Position numbers and translations under genes: made by a program. This document shows positions 40,252 to 50,160 of a DNA stretch of 64,000 nucleotides, in pieces. The number at the start of each line of letters is the position of its first letter. The stretch's first letter is position 1. The stretch lies in assembly GCA_041665085.1 (NCBI GenBank), contig JBAYJO010000003.1:2131-66130 (forward strand), written 5' to 3'. Source of the DNA: Patescibacteria group bacterium (GTDB lineage Bacteria; Patescibacteriota; UBA1384; JBAYJO01). The notes below the pieces were generated by a model. It searched no databases and was not told the DNA's origin. It saw only the letters and a list, made by a program, of their open reading frames with translations.

Positions 40252-40572
40252 TTATCTTCCAGATTGGAAGTTTCGATTTCCGCCTCTGAATCTATCGTTT
40301 CTCTCGGTTTGAGGTCGTGAAATATTTACGATGATACTTCTACCATCAATTTCTTTGTTGTTCATTGCATCAATAGCTTTTTGGGCCATTTCTTGATTCT
40401 CAACTTCAACAAATCCGAAACCTCTTGGTCTACCTGTTTCACGATCATTAATGATCGTGGTTTTAACTACGGTAACACCTTCGACAGCACTGAATAGTTC
40501 AGAAAGTTGTTCTTCGTTAACACTATATGGTAGGTTTCCGACGAATAACTTATTGTTTGCTTCTTCTTGCAT
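40252..40572 (-). CDS. RRM RNA-binding protein
   Basis: RNP2 LFVGNL and RNP1 RGFGFVE. Confidence 0.95.
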   Translation of the reverse strand: MQEEANNKLFVGNLPYSVNEEQLSELFSAVEGVTVVKTTIINDRETGRPRGFGFVEVENQEMAQKAIDAMNNKEIDGRSIIVNISRPQTERNDRFRGGNRNFQSGR

Positions 40573-40767
40573 AGGATTTCCTAATATTATTTTTTCGACC
40601 CGTTTGAGTTCTCGATCACCTAATATATCCTATTAGAAAGAAAGCGAGTTCCAAACTACTGTCTATATATTAGCATGATTCGTCAAAATAGTCAATGCAA
40701 TAATTGTGTATATTTCAAAATTTGTCATAATATAATAAGTAAATATTTTAAATATTGCGAGGGGATA

Positions 40768-42441
40768 GTGAACCATGTTTTTTTAGAGATAAGTTTAGTA
40801 ATACTATTGGCTACAGCTATTTCCGGTTTAATGCAGTTTCTTCGTCAGCCGTTAATAATTGGTCATATCATTACTGGTTTGATTGTCGGACCATATTTAT
40901 TAAATATTGTAAGTTCAAATGAGACTTTTGAAGTTTTTTCTCAAATGGGAATCGCGCTTTTATTATTTATTATTGGACTAAGTTTGAATCCAAAAGTAAT
41001 TAAAGAAGTGGGAAGAATATCTTTAATTACAGGTGCTGGCCAAGTGATATTTACAGCAATTGTCGGTTATTTAATTTGTCATTTTTTGGGTTATTCTAGT
41101 ATTGAATCGATGTATATTGCAATTGCGTTGACTTTCAGTAGCACAATTATTATTATGAAACTTTTAACTGATAAAAAAGATACAGGAAGACTTTATGGTA
41201 AAATATTAATCGGATTTTTACTGGTTCAGGATATTATAGCAACCCTGATTTTAATTGCGATTTCATCGTTTAGTAAAGGCGGGGATATTGCAACTCTTGC
41301 TTCAGCAGCTTTAATAAAAGGTGTTGTTTTGTTTTTACTTTTAATTTTGACCAGTATTTATATTGTTCCAAAATTAAGTTATTTTTTTGCAAAATCACAA
41401 GAATTCTTATTTTTATTTTCAATTGCATGGGGACTTGGAATTGCAACGCTTTTTCAATATTCCGGTTTTTCAATTGAGATTGGAGCATTATTTGCTGGAG
41501 TTGTTTTAGCAACTTCTCCTTATCATCTTGAAATAAGTTCGCGCCTCAAGCCGCTAAGAGATTTTTTTATAGTTTTGTTTTTTATTCTTATTGGATCACA
41601 AATCGCAATTGTCAACCTGTCAAGTATTTTACTGCCGGCATTATTATTATCGTTATATGTTTTGGTGGGAAATCCAATAATTTTTATTATTGTAATGACA
41701 TTGCTTAAATTTGATATGAAAACCAGTTTTAAAGCTGGTCTTGCTATTGCACAAATTAGTGAATTTTCTTTGGTTTTAATTACGCTTGCAGGACGACTTG
41801 GACATGTTGATCAATCGATCGTATCTCTTGTTACGTTAGTCGGACTTGTAACGATTTTAGTTTCAACATATTTTATAATTTATTCTGATGAGTTATATCA
41901 TTTTTTTGAACCTTATTTGAGAATATTTGAAAGAAAGACAACGAGAAAAGATCAAAGGACGAAATTATCAACAGAAATTGTTTTATTTGGATTTGAGAAA
42001 ATTGGTTATGATTTATTAAATGCTTTTAAAAAGATGGGGAAAACCTTTACGGTTGTTGATTATAATCCGGAGACAATTGCCAATTTGGAAAAAGAGGGGA
42101 TTAATTGCATTTATGGTGATGCCGATGATAATGAGCTTTTGAGTCAATTAAATCTAGAGGATGTTAAAATGGTGATTTCAACCATTACTGATATTGAGGC
42201 TAGCACCATGATTGTAAGTCAATCTAGAAAAGTAAATAAAAAAATGATTATAATTGCAAAAACCGATGAAATTGAAGAGGCAATTAATCTTTATGATAAA
42301 GGCGCTTCATATGTAATGATGCCTCATTATCTGGGAGTTGAGCAGATAATTAATCTTATAGATAAGCATGAATTAAATTTTGATAAATTTGTAAGAGAAA
42401 AAGAAGGACATTTGTCTTTACTAAAGGAAAAGTCTGTTTAG
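40768..42441 (+). CDS. Cation:proton antiporter (KefB/KefC-type) with TrkA-N domain
   Basis: Multiple TM helices, FSST, LLVQD, AQISEF; C-terminal RCK domain (IYGDA). GTG start after GAGGGG. Confidence 0.9.
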   Translation: MNHVFLEISLVILLATAISGLMQFLRQPLIIGHIITGLIVGPYLLNIVSSNETFEVFSQMGIALLLFIIGLSLNPKVIKEVGRISLITGAGQVIFTAIVGYLICHFLGYSSIESMYIAIALTFSSTIIIMKLLTDKKDTGRLYGKILIGFLLVQDIIATLILIAISSFSKGGDIATLASAALIKGVVLFLLLILTSIYIVPKLSYFFAKSQEFLFLFSIAWGLGIATLFQYSGFSIEIGALFAGVVLATSPYHLEISSRLKPLRDFFIVLFFILIGSQIAIVNLSSILLPALLLSLYVLVGNPIIFIIVMTLLKFDMKTSFKAGLAIAQISEFSLVLITLAGRLGHVDQSIVSLVTLVGLVTILVSTYFIIYSDELYHFFEPYLRIFERKTTRKDQRTKLSTEIVLFGFEKIGYDLLNAFKKMGKTFTVVDYNPETIANLEKEGINCIYGDADDNELLSQLNLEDVKMVISTITDIEASTMIVSQSRKVNKKMIIIAKTDEIEEAINLYDKGASYVMMPHYLGVEQIINLIDKHELNFDKFVREKEGHLSLLKEKSV

Positions 42442-42581
42442 TTCTAATGTATAAAATCGCTGGCAGGACGCTAAGCGTCCTTGTTGCCAAGCTAAACTTG
42501 TTAGGGCTTGGTGGCTGTGCCCTTCCGTAGCCTTGGCGAAGGAGGGAGGATGTTGGAACCTGTTGGATAAATAAATTACTA

Positions 42582-43133
42582 TTAGATTATTAATTTTTTA
42601 TCTAGTTTAAAAATAATTTGTTCCGTAATTTTTTCGGGAGATTCATAGGAAAAAATAATTAAATCATAGTCATATTTCAAATATATTTGATACCTCGATT
42701 GAAATTTTAATTCTTCTTTGGTTTTATTGAGTCCAAAACCTCTTTTTAATTGTCTTGATACAACTATTTTTTTGGATAATTCCATATTTTCAGAGGGTAA
42801 AAGTAAAATCTTTGTTCCATAATTTTTGATTTCTTGATAATTAGCTAAAACAATATCATTTAGTCCTTCATGTGCTAAAAAACCCGAAGATAATACAATT
42901 ACAGTATTTTTAATGATCGCTTTCTTTAATTTTTTAAATAAAAAAGAATTTTTAATGCAATAATCAGCATATCCATTTTTTTTAATGTATGTGCCAATAT
43001 TTTCTATTTTGTCACAAAATGATTGATCTAGATCGACAAAAGCATAGCCAATCTTTTCGGCTAAAACTTTCCCAGTAGTTGTTTTTCCTACGCCTCCCGG
43101 ACCTAATAAAATTATAATTTTTGATTGTTCCAT
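42582..43133 (-). CDS. Shikimate kinase-like P-loop kinase
   Basis: GPGGVGKTTTGK.LA and FVDLD motifs. Confidence 0.75.
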   Translation of the reverse strand: MEQSKIIILLGPGGVGKTTTGKVLAEKIGYAFVDLDQSFCDKIENIGTYIKKNGYADYCIKNSFLFKKLKKAIIKNTVIVLSSGFLAHEGLNDIVLANYQEIKNYGTKILLLPSENMELSKKIVVSRQLKRGFGLNKTKEELKFQSRYQIYLKYDYDLIIFSYESPEKITEQIIFKLDKKLII

Positions 43134-43206
43134 CTGATTTAATTTTAACAAAAAAATACATCATATAATAATTAAAATTTATAACAAAAAAACCTACTAA
43201 CAGGTT

Positions 43207-43280
43207 TGGCAGGAGATAGAGGAGTTGAACCTCTGACTAGGGTTTTGGAGACCCTTATTATACCGTTTAACTAATCTCCC
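43207..43280 (-). tRNA. tRNA-Trp(CCA)
   Basis: Anticodon arm AGGGT-CTCCAAA-ACCCT, T-loop TTCAACT, encoded CCA end. Confidence 0.93.
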
Positions 43281-43392
43281 TGATAATCATATTTTATACT
43301 ATATTCATGGTTTATTCAATCATTATTATAACATTTGATCGAAAATTCGGTTGATGATAGAATGAATATTGCCATATTAAAAAAGGAGACTA

Positions 43393-45027
43393 GTGCCAGT
43401 AAGAAGTAATGAACAATTATCAAGATTTAAAAAAGTAGCAATTATTTTTGTATTGAGCTTGGCTCTTGCGATTATAATTATTGATGCAACGCTTCTTAAT
43501 GTCTCTTTGTCATATTTAATTCGCGATCTCAATACCGATATAAAGAGTTTGCAGTGGGTAATTACCGCTTATGCACTGACAATCGCGGCATTTACCGTAA
43601 CTGGCGGACGATTGGGAGATCTATTTGGTCGCAAAAAAATGTTTAAATTGGGAGCCGTTTTATTTGCTATTGGATCGCTTATGGCTTCATACAGTCATAC
43701 TGTCGGTCAGATGATAATCGGTGAATCGATTATTGAAGGAATCGGTGCTGCTTTAATGATGCCTGCAACAGCGTCTCTTTTAACCTCAACATTTAGAGGG
43801 CCGTCTCGAGCTATGGCAATGGGTATTTGGGGTGGTATTGCCGGAGCAGCATCAGCAGTTGGTCCTATTTTAGGTGGATATCTTACTACTAACTATAGTT
43901 GGAGGTGGGGATTTAGAATAAATGTTGTTGTGGCTATTATTTTGCTTATTGGTTCAGTAATTATTAAAGAATATAGAGATGAAGAAGAAAAGCCCGCACT
44001 TGATTGGCGCGGAGTGATATTATCATCTGTCGGGCTTTTTACTTTAGTTTTTGGTATTATCGAATCTTCAAGTTATGGCTGGATCAAAGCCAAAGAAATA
44101 TTTTCAATTGCCGGTCATACCGTTGATCTTGGTTCAATTTCAATTGTTTTGCCGTCTCTCATTTTAGCAGCGATTTTACTTGTATCTTTTGTAATATGGG
44201 AAATCAAAATTGAAAAAAGAGGACTTACTCCAATTGTCTCAATGAGCATATTTAAAAATAAACAATTTACCTCAAGTTCGATTACCACAACGGTTATGGC
44301 TCTGGGTCAGTCGGGATTGATATTTGCTATGCCGATATTTTTTCAATCTGTTAGAGGACTTGACGCATATCATACCGGACTCGCGATTTTGCCGGTTTCG
44401 GTCGCAGCAATTGTAGTTGCGCCGATTGCAGCAATATTGAGTCGAAAAATTATGCCAAAAAGATTGATTCAAGTTGGATTATTTTTAAATTTATTGGCTA
44501 TGCTGCTTTTGTATAGAAAACTAAATATTGATACCATTCCTCGTGATTTGATTTTTGAGCTAGTTATTTACGGAATTGGTATGGGGCTTGTGATGGCACA
44601 GATTAGCAACATGGTGATGTCTTCTGTTTCTGTTCAAAAGGCGGGGGAAGTTTCAGGAGTGAATAATACAATGCGTCAAATTGGCTCATCTCTTGGGTCG
44701 GCTATTATTGGTGCAGTTTTGTTGACATCTTTAGCAACTGGAATTAAAGATGGTATCGCAAATAGTACGGTTATCCCAAATAATATAAAGCAAAAAGTTG
44801 CAACAGATGTTGCTGCTGAATCAACCAATATTGAATTTAAAGGCGGGGCAGTTGCTTCAAAGGAAATACCGGCAAGTATTGTTAAGGAAATAAACACAAT
44901 TGCTCATCAGTCAACAACTGATTCTGCGAGAAAATCTTTATTATATGCTTCTTTATTTGTTTTAATTGGCTTATTTGCTTCGATTGCTTTGCCAAACAAA
45001 AGAGATCTTGAAGAAGGTCAAACTTAA
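43393..45027 (+). CDS. MFS drug-efflux transporter (EmrB/QacA, DHA2)
   Basis: D.T.LNVSL, WVITAY, GRLGDLFGRKK, GPILGG and W.WGF.IN motifs. Confidence 0.92.
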   Translation: MPVRSNEQLSRFKKVAIIFVLSLALAIIIIDATLLNVSLSYLIRDLNTDIKSLQWVITAYALTIAAFTVTGGRLGDLFGRKKMFKLGAVLFAIGSLMASYSHTVGQMIIGESIIEGIGAALMMPATASLLTSTFRGPSRAMAMGIWGGIAGAASAVGPILGGYLTTNYSWRWGFRINVVVAIILLIGSVIIKEYRDEEEKPALDWRGVILSSVGLFTLVFGIIESSSYGWIKAKEIFSIAGHTVDLGSISIVLPSLILAAILLVSFVIWEIKIEKRGLTPIVSMSIFKNKQFTSSSITTTVMALGQSGLIFAMPIFFQSVRGLDAYHTGLAILPVSVAAIVVAPIAAILSRKIMPKRLIQVGLFLNLLAMLLLYRKLNIDTIPRDLIFELVIYGIGMGLVMAQISNMVMSSVSVQKAGEVSGVNNTMRQIGSSLGSAIIGAVLLTSLATGIKDGIANSTVIPNNIKQKVATDVAAESTNIEFKGGAVASKEIPASIVKEINTIAHQSTTDSARKSLLYASLFVLIGLFASIALPNKRDLEEGQT

Positions 45028-45044
45028 TAGTTAGAACTAAAAAA

Positions 45045-45233
45045 TTATTTTGTTTCTTTGTGGGCTGTGGCTTTTTTGCATTTTTTGCAATATTTGTTCA
45101 TTTCTAGTCTGTCTGGGTGGTTGATTTTATTTTTTTTGCTGACATAGTTATGTTCTTTACATTCTGTGCATTGCATAGTAACGATAATAACCTTATCTTT
45201 TTTCTTTCCACCACTTTTTTTTGTTTCTGCCAT
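45045..45233 (-). CDS. rpmG: 50S ribosomal protein L33
   Basis: CTEC..NY..KNK.NHPDRLE..KYCKKC...HKE. Confidence 0.95.
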   Translation of the reverse strand: MAETKKSGGKKKDKVIIVTMQCTECKEHNYVSKKNKINHPDRLEMNKYCKKCKKATAHKETK

Positions 45234-45274
45234 ATTTTCATTTCCTTTCGGTTTTTTTTATCTAATTTAATTAA

Positions 45275-45351
45275 TGGAGCCCACGAGGAGGGTCGCACTC
45301 CTGGCCTCGATCTTACCAAGATCGCGCTCTAACTACCTGAGCTACATGGGC
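45275..45351 (-). tRNA. tRNA-Thr(GGT)
   Basis: Arm CGATC-TTGGTAA-GATCG, CCA end; atypical T-loop TGCGACC. Confidence 0.88.
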
Positions 45352-45516
45352 TAATTATATTTTAACAGATCTATCTGTTCGTCAATCCATTGGCGTAACT
45401 TGGAATTATGGCAATAAATTTGTAATACACCATATTTAGTTTTATTTTTTTTTAAATATATCCATCATCGAATAGCCGCTATTGTAAAGTGTGGCTAATT
45501 CTTCTTTTGTAAGCAT
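45351..45516 (-). pseudogene. Frameshifted or internally deleted gene remnant between tRNAs
   Basis: RBS AGAGGG, then MLTKEELATLYNSGYSMMDIFKKK-stop. A one-base shift in the A9 run continues NKTKYGVLQIYCHNSKLRQWIDEQIDLLKYN-stop. Confidence 0.5.
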
Positions 45517-45543
45517 ATCCCTCTTTGCTTGAAAGATAATAAA

Positions 45544-45629
45544 TGGTGCCGGGTGAAGGATTCGAACCTCCGTAGCCGTAAGGCGCCAGATTTACAGTCT
45601 GGAGCAATTGACCGCTCTGCCAACCCGGC
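45544..45629 (-). tRNA. tRNA-Tyr(GTA)
   Basis: Arm CCAGA-CTGTAAA-TCTGG, long variable arm, TTCGAAT loop, CCA end. Confidence 0.95.
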
Positions 45630-45671
45630 ACAGTATTTACTTTATCACAAACAGCTGGTTTTATCTATGGA

Positions 45672-45746
45672 TGGAGCCGGGAAGAGGAATCGGACCTCCG
45701 ACAAGCTGTTTACAAAACAGCTGCTCTACCACTGAGCTATCCCGGC
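45672..45746 (-). tRNA. tRNA-Thr(TGT)
   Basis: Arm GCTGT-TTTGTAA-ACAGC, CCA end; T-loop TCCGATT. Confidence 0.92.
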
Positions 45747-45770
45747 ATATTCATACTTTAATCTTAATAT

Positions 45771-45799
45771 ATTATATGTTTTTTTAGGTCTATTGTCAA
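45771..45799 (-). promoter_or_regulatory. Consensus sigma70 promoter of the tRNA-rpmG operon
   Basis: TTGACA-17 bp-TATAAT on the minus strand. Confidence 0.85.
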
Positions 45800-45915
45800 A
45801 GGTAAAATAGTTATTCTCAATAAATAGATTTGCCTAAAATCTTATAAGTATGTAAAATTAGTATAGAATATAGTATGATAAATATATCAAAGCCAACTAA
45901 GATAACAGGAGGGGA

Positions 45916-46629
45916 ATGCCTGATATTCAACCGCCAGCTGTGGAAAAATTTACTCCCACGCAGCATCAACAATTTGTTCCAAACACAGGACTTAACTCTG
46001 TAGAATCTCGTAGTTATACTTCGGGCGGTTTGGGTATTGGCACATATGCATTTTTAGTTGCAGTTTTAGTTGTTGCATTAGGCGTAGGTTGTTTTTATGT
46101 ATTTTTAACTCAAATAAAATCTCAATCAACTGCTTATGAAGCAAAAAACAATGATTTGAAAAATCAACTTTCAACTGGTGATTATGCAAAAATGGAAAAA
46201 ACTCTCGAGGATCTTACGGTTCAAGTCAGTTCTTTTAACTCCGTAGTTCGAAGTCAAAAACCTTTTCAAAAAATGTTTGATGCAATCAAGAGTACAACTT
46301 ATAAAAAAGCAAAATATTCCAGTTTTTCAGTTGATAAAAATGGAAAAATTGCAATTAGTGGAATAACTGATACTTATACTGATTTAGGAATAGTTCTTGC
46401 TGTTTTTTCTTCATCAACCGATATTACAAATTTTACAGTTGGAACTTTTTCAGGAGGAGTTAATTCTCCTTCAGACTCGTCCAAACCTGCTTTAGCAAAT
46501 GCGGCCAAGGTTAATTTTTCAGTAAGTTTTGATTATATTTTTGCCAGTACTCCAGTGGTTCAAAATACTAATACAAATAATACTAATGTAAATGCTAATT
46601 CTAACTCTTCAACCGGAGGTACCAAATGA
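45916..46629 (+). CDS. PilN-like pilus alignment protein
   Basis: Single TM helix, coiled coil and ferredoxin-like core (IAISG); first gene of the pilus locus. Confidence 0.6.
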   Translation: MPDIQPPAVEKFTPTQHQQFVPNTGLNSVESRSYTSGGLGIGTYAFLVAVLVVALGVGCFYVFLTQIKSQSTAYEAKNNDLKNQLSTGDYAKMEKTLEDLTVQVSSFNSVVRSQKPFQKMFDAIKSTTYKKAKYSSFSVDKNGKIAISGITDTYTDLGIVLAVFSSSTDITNFTVGTFSGGVNSPSDSSKPALANAAKVNFSVSFDYIFASTPVVQNTNTNNTNVNANSNSSTGGTK

Positions 46630-47231
46630 AAGAAGGCAAAAGCTCTCTTGGTTTAGCGGCTTTAATTATATTTTTGTCGCTTTTTGGTATTGGCTATGGT
46701 TTTTATTATATGAATATTCAAAGCGCGGATCTTAAGGATGCAAAACAAAAACTTGAAATTACTAAAATTGAAAACAAAGCCTTAACTGATAAAAAAGTTG
46801 CTCTTGACGCGGCTGCTAAAAAATTAATACAAAAAGACGGCGATCTAAAACTTCTCAAACTTGCAATGCCAAAAGGACCCAATTTGTCCGAAGCATTAAT
46901 TGAATCTGACAGTCTTTTTAGGTCTCTTCAGTCCAATGCCGTTCCCGGAGTTCAAGCAAAATCATTTTCAGTTGGATTACCGGTTTTAACTGATGGCAAA
47001 ATTCCGGTAAATATATCAATCGATTCCGATGTTAATAGTTTAATCGCGATGATTGCAAAATATTATAATAATATTAGACCATTTACTGTAGAGTCAATTA
47101 ATATTACTTCATCTGAAACGCCGATTTTTACTTCTAATCTTCAGATGAATTTATCATTTGTTCCGACAACAGGAGCTGTTAGTACTGAAAAAAAACAAGA
47201 AAATTCTAATCAAAATAGCGCTACAGAGTAA
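46626..47231 (+). CDS. PilO-like pilus alignment protein
   Basis: TM helix, coiled coil, LAMP and RPFTVESINI motifs; follows the PilN-like gene. Confidence 0.6.
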   Translation: MKEGKSSLGLAALIIFLSLFGIGYGFYYMNIQSADLKDAKQKLEITKIENKALTDKKVALDAAAKKLIQKDGDLKLLKLAMPKGPNLSEALIESDSLFRSLQSNAVPGVQAKSFSVGLPVLTDGKIPVNISIDSDVNSLIAMIAKYYNNIRPFTVESINITSSETPIFTSNLQMNLSFVPTTGAVSTEKKQENSNQNSATE

Positions 47232-47245
47232 TAGCAGGAGGATCA

Positions 47246-47512
47246 ATGAATAAGCAATCATCACAATTAATTATCGGTATAAGTTTAATTGTCATTTGCC
47301 TTGGTGTAATTGGATGGTTTTATTATTCCAGTTCAAAGATTTCAACAAATATTGTATCGTCTGTTGTTCCTGCGAAAGTAGAAGTGCTTGAAACAAATTT
47401 TAGTAAATTATTTGAAAATAGAGAAATTCCGACTGTCTCAATCCAACAGCAACAACAACAAAAAGTTGATCCGTCGCAATTGGGTAGAGACAATCCGTTT
47501 GCTCCATATTAA
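47246..47512 (+). CDS. Small membrane protein (truncated PilP-like position)
   Basis: TM helix and C-terminal GRDNPF. Confidence 0.5.
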   Translation: MNKQSSQLIIGISLIVICLGVIGWFYYSSSKISTNIVSSVVPAKVEVLETNFSKLFENREIPTVSIQQQQQQKVDPSQLGRDNPFAPY

Positions 47513-47518
47513 TTTGCT

Positions 47519-50125
47519 ATGATAAATAACCAAACAATAAATTCAGGAGCAGCTGTTAGTTCTCAAAAGAGAACTATTTTAGATGTGATGCTTGAATGGA
47601 AAGTTGTTGATCAGAAAAAAGTTGAATTGATGTCTAATTTAACCAATAATCTGGATATTGAAAATTTTTTACTTGGTCATAAACTTACTGATCGAGTTGT
47701 AATAAATAGGGCATATGCGCATTTATTTAATTTACAATATATTAATTTGCAAGATCAGACAGTAGATTTGAAAGTAGTTAAACTGATAAAAGAAGAGTTT
47801 TGCCGAAAATATTTTTTATTGCCTTATAGCTATTATGTAAATTCAGTTACAAAGCGAAAAGTAATTAGAATTGCTCTTGGTATGCCCGGCATGCTAAGAG
47901 GTGGCAATGGCCAAAATAGTCCTGGTGTGATTAGTAACTTAAAAAAATCTCAAAATGCTGATATCGAAATGGTCATTGCAAGTCCTGATGAAATAATTTC
48001 AATTCTAAATGATGTTTATCAAAAAAATAATTTTGTAGTTGAAAAAAAAGTTGATTTAAAAAAAGTTACAGTTCCTGTCAATATACTTTCCAGATTTCCC
48101 GAAGAAGTTGCGCGAAAATATCGAATGGTTGTTTTTGAAAACTCAAATCCATTAAAAATTAATGTTGCAGCAGAAAATCCGAAAGATAAAAAAGTTATTG
48201 ATATTTTAAATTTTATAAAAAAAAGAAGTAAATTTGACATTGATTTATTTCGAACGGACAGAGATAGCATTGATCATGTTTTGATGCAATATAATCCGCA
48301 AGTCAAGGGTGATCTAAATTTAATCAAAGAAGACACTTTAAAAAATATTAATAGTGTTGCGCCTGGAAAAGCAGAAGAATTATTTTCGTCTTTTGGTTCT
48401 ATAGGTCAACCAAACAGCCAAGTTATTTTTCCAAAACCGCAAGTGGATAATATTCCGCTAAAACCTAATGCGAATCAAGATATTGATTCTAAAAAAAATA
48501 TTAAGACCAATGATTTTTGGTCAGATGATAAACCAGAATCAGCACAAAAAAATCAAACAAAAACTTCGCGTGATTTATTGTCGGTTGATCCGCATTTGAT
48601 TGAAATAGATAAAAATGCAAGCAAAAAGACAGTTGATGAGACAGAGACGTCAGAAGAAGAAAAACGACAAAAAGAGCTTGATAGATTTAATTCTTTAGGT
48701 GGCCAGCTTGTAAAATCTAATCAAGCAGCACAAAAAAATATTGTAAAGCCGGAAATGGCTGCTGCACCTACGCAGGATATGCAAAATGATGAATTAGTTG
48801 TTAAAGACGAACATGAAATGCAAGTTGCAGAAATGAAAAGTCTTGAAAAAGAGCTAACTTTAAGATCAGAATCTGATTTATCATCTGTTCTAAAAGAAGA
48901 GGTATCATCTGAAGATCAGCTTAAGAAGATTATTGATAGTGCAACCATACCAGTCATTGTTGCGGCAATGATAAATTTTGCTTTACACAAAAGAGCTTCG
49001 GATATTCATATTGAACCTACTGAAAAAGAAGTGAGACTTCGATTTAGAATTGACGGAATTTTATACGACATTATGAGTATGCCAAGATATTTTAGGAGCG
49101 CTTTGATCTCTAGAGTAAAAATTATGTCAAAGTTAAAAATTGATGAGCAAAGAGTTCCGCAAGATGGTAGATTTGATGTTGTTTTTAGCAAGCAAAAGAT
49201 TGATGTTCGTGTTTCTACCTTGCCAACAATTTTTGGGGAAAAGGTAGCAATGAGGCTTCTTGATAAATCTGCCGGACTTTATACTTTGGAAGAACTTGGA
49301 CTTTCCGGTTCGAATTTAAAAAGACTTGAGGAAAATATTTTAAAACCTTACGGAATTATCTTAGCAACCGGTCCGACTGGTTCAGGAAAATCTACAACTC
49401 TTTATGCGATTTTGAAAAGAATTTCCAATCCGTCGGTTAATATTATTACTCTTGAGGATCCAGTTGAATATGAAATACCCGGTGTGAATCAGTGTCTTGT
49501 TAAACCGAAAATTGGTTTTAGTTTTGCCGAGGGACTTAGATCGGTTTTAAGACAAGATCCAAATATTATTATGGTTGGTGAAATTCGTGATTCTGAAACT
49601 GCCAATTTAGGTGTTCAGGCTGCAATGACAGGACATTTAGTGCTTTCAAGTTTGCATACAAACAATGCTTCAGGTGCCATTCCGCGTTTGGTTAATATGA
49701 AGGTTGAACCGTTTTTAATTACCTCAACAGTTAGCGCAATTATTGCTCAAAGACTTGTGCGACGCATTTGCCAACATTGCAAGCAAGAAGTAAAATTACA
49801 TCAGGAAGTAGAAATGAAAGTTCGTTCTGCTTTGGAAAATTTACAGGGTACTGATAGCTTGCCAGCGAATTTAGAATATAAATTTTATCAAGGTAAAGGT
49901 TGCTCTGAATGTCATCTTGGTTATGCCGGCAGAATCGGTTTATATGAAATTATGGTTATGAGCGATGAGCTTGAAAAGTTGACTGTTCAAAATAGACCAA
50001 CAAGCGAGATTGAAGCGCAAGCTGTAAAAGAAGGTATGATCACAATGTTTCAAGACGGTTTAATTAAAGCAATGAAGGGGATTACAACGATTGATGAAGT
50101 ATTTAGAGAAACGAAATTAGATTAA
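47519..50125 (+). CDS. pilB: Type IV pilus assembly ATPase PilB/GspE
   Basis: ASDIHIEP, PQDGR, GPTGSGKSTT, LRQDPNIIMVGEIRD, tetra-Cys motif. Confidence 0.93.
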   Translation: MINNQTINSGAAVSSQKRTILDVMLEWKVVDQKKVELMSNLTNNLDIENFLLGHKLTDRVVINRAYAHLFNLQYINLQDQTVDLKVVKLIKEEFCRKYFLLPYSYYVNSVTKRKVIRIALGMPGMLRGGNGQNSPGVISNLKKSQNADIEMVIASPDEIISILNDVYQKNNFVVEKKVDLKKVTVPVNILSRFPEEVARKYRMVVFENSNPLKINVAAENPKDKKVIDILNFIKKRSKFDIDLFRTDRDSIDHVLMQYNPQVKGDLNLIKEDTLKNINSVAPGKAEELFSSFGSIGQPNSQVIFPKPQVDNIPLKPNANQDIDSKKNIKTNDFWSDDKPESAQKNQTKTSRDLLSVDPHLIEIDKNASKKTVDETETSEEEKRQKELDRFNSLGGQLVKSNQAAQKNIVKPEMAAAPTQDMQNDELVVKDEHEMQVAEMKSLEKELTLRSESDLSSVLKEEVSSEDQLKKIIDSATIPVIVAAMINFALHKRASDIHIEPTEKEVRLRFRIDGILYDIMSMPRYFRSALISRVKIMSKLKIDEQRVPQDGRFDVVFSKQKIDVRVSTLPTIFGEKVAMRLLDKSAGLYTLEELGLSGSNLKRLEENILKPYGIILATGPTGSGKSTTLYAILKRISNPSVNIITLEDPVEYEIPGVNQCLVKPKIGFSFAEGLRSVLRQDPNIIMVGEIRDSETANLGVQAAMTGHLVLSSLHTNNASGAIPRLVNMKVEPFLITSTVSAIIAQRLVRRICQHCKQEVKLHQEVEMKVRSALENLQGTDSLPANLEYKFYQGKGCSECHLGYAGRIGLYEIMVMSDELEKLTVQNRPTSEIEAQAVKEGMITMFQDGLIKAMKGITTIDEVFRETKLD

Positions 50126-50160
50126 GATTTTTTCACATTTTACTAAATTAAGGAGGGTAT

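Noticed and set aside
33471-43280. Alternative genetic code (TGA read-through as in Gracilibacteria/SR1)
   Set aside because: Conserved genes are full length under code 11 and TGA serves as a normal stop (33473, 34491); no TCA-anticodon tRNA was seen in the window.
45104-45735. ORFs 45104-45319, 45117-45332 and 45529-45735
   Set aside because: They are shadow translations of the tRNA genes and rpmG.
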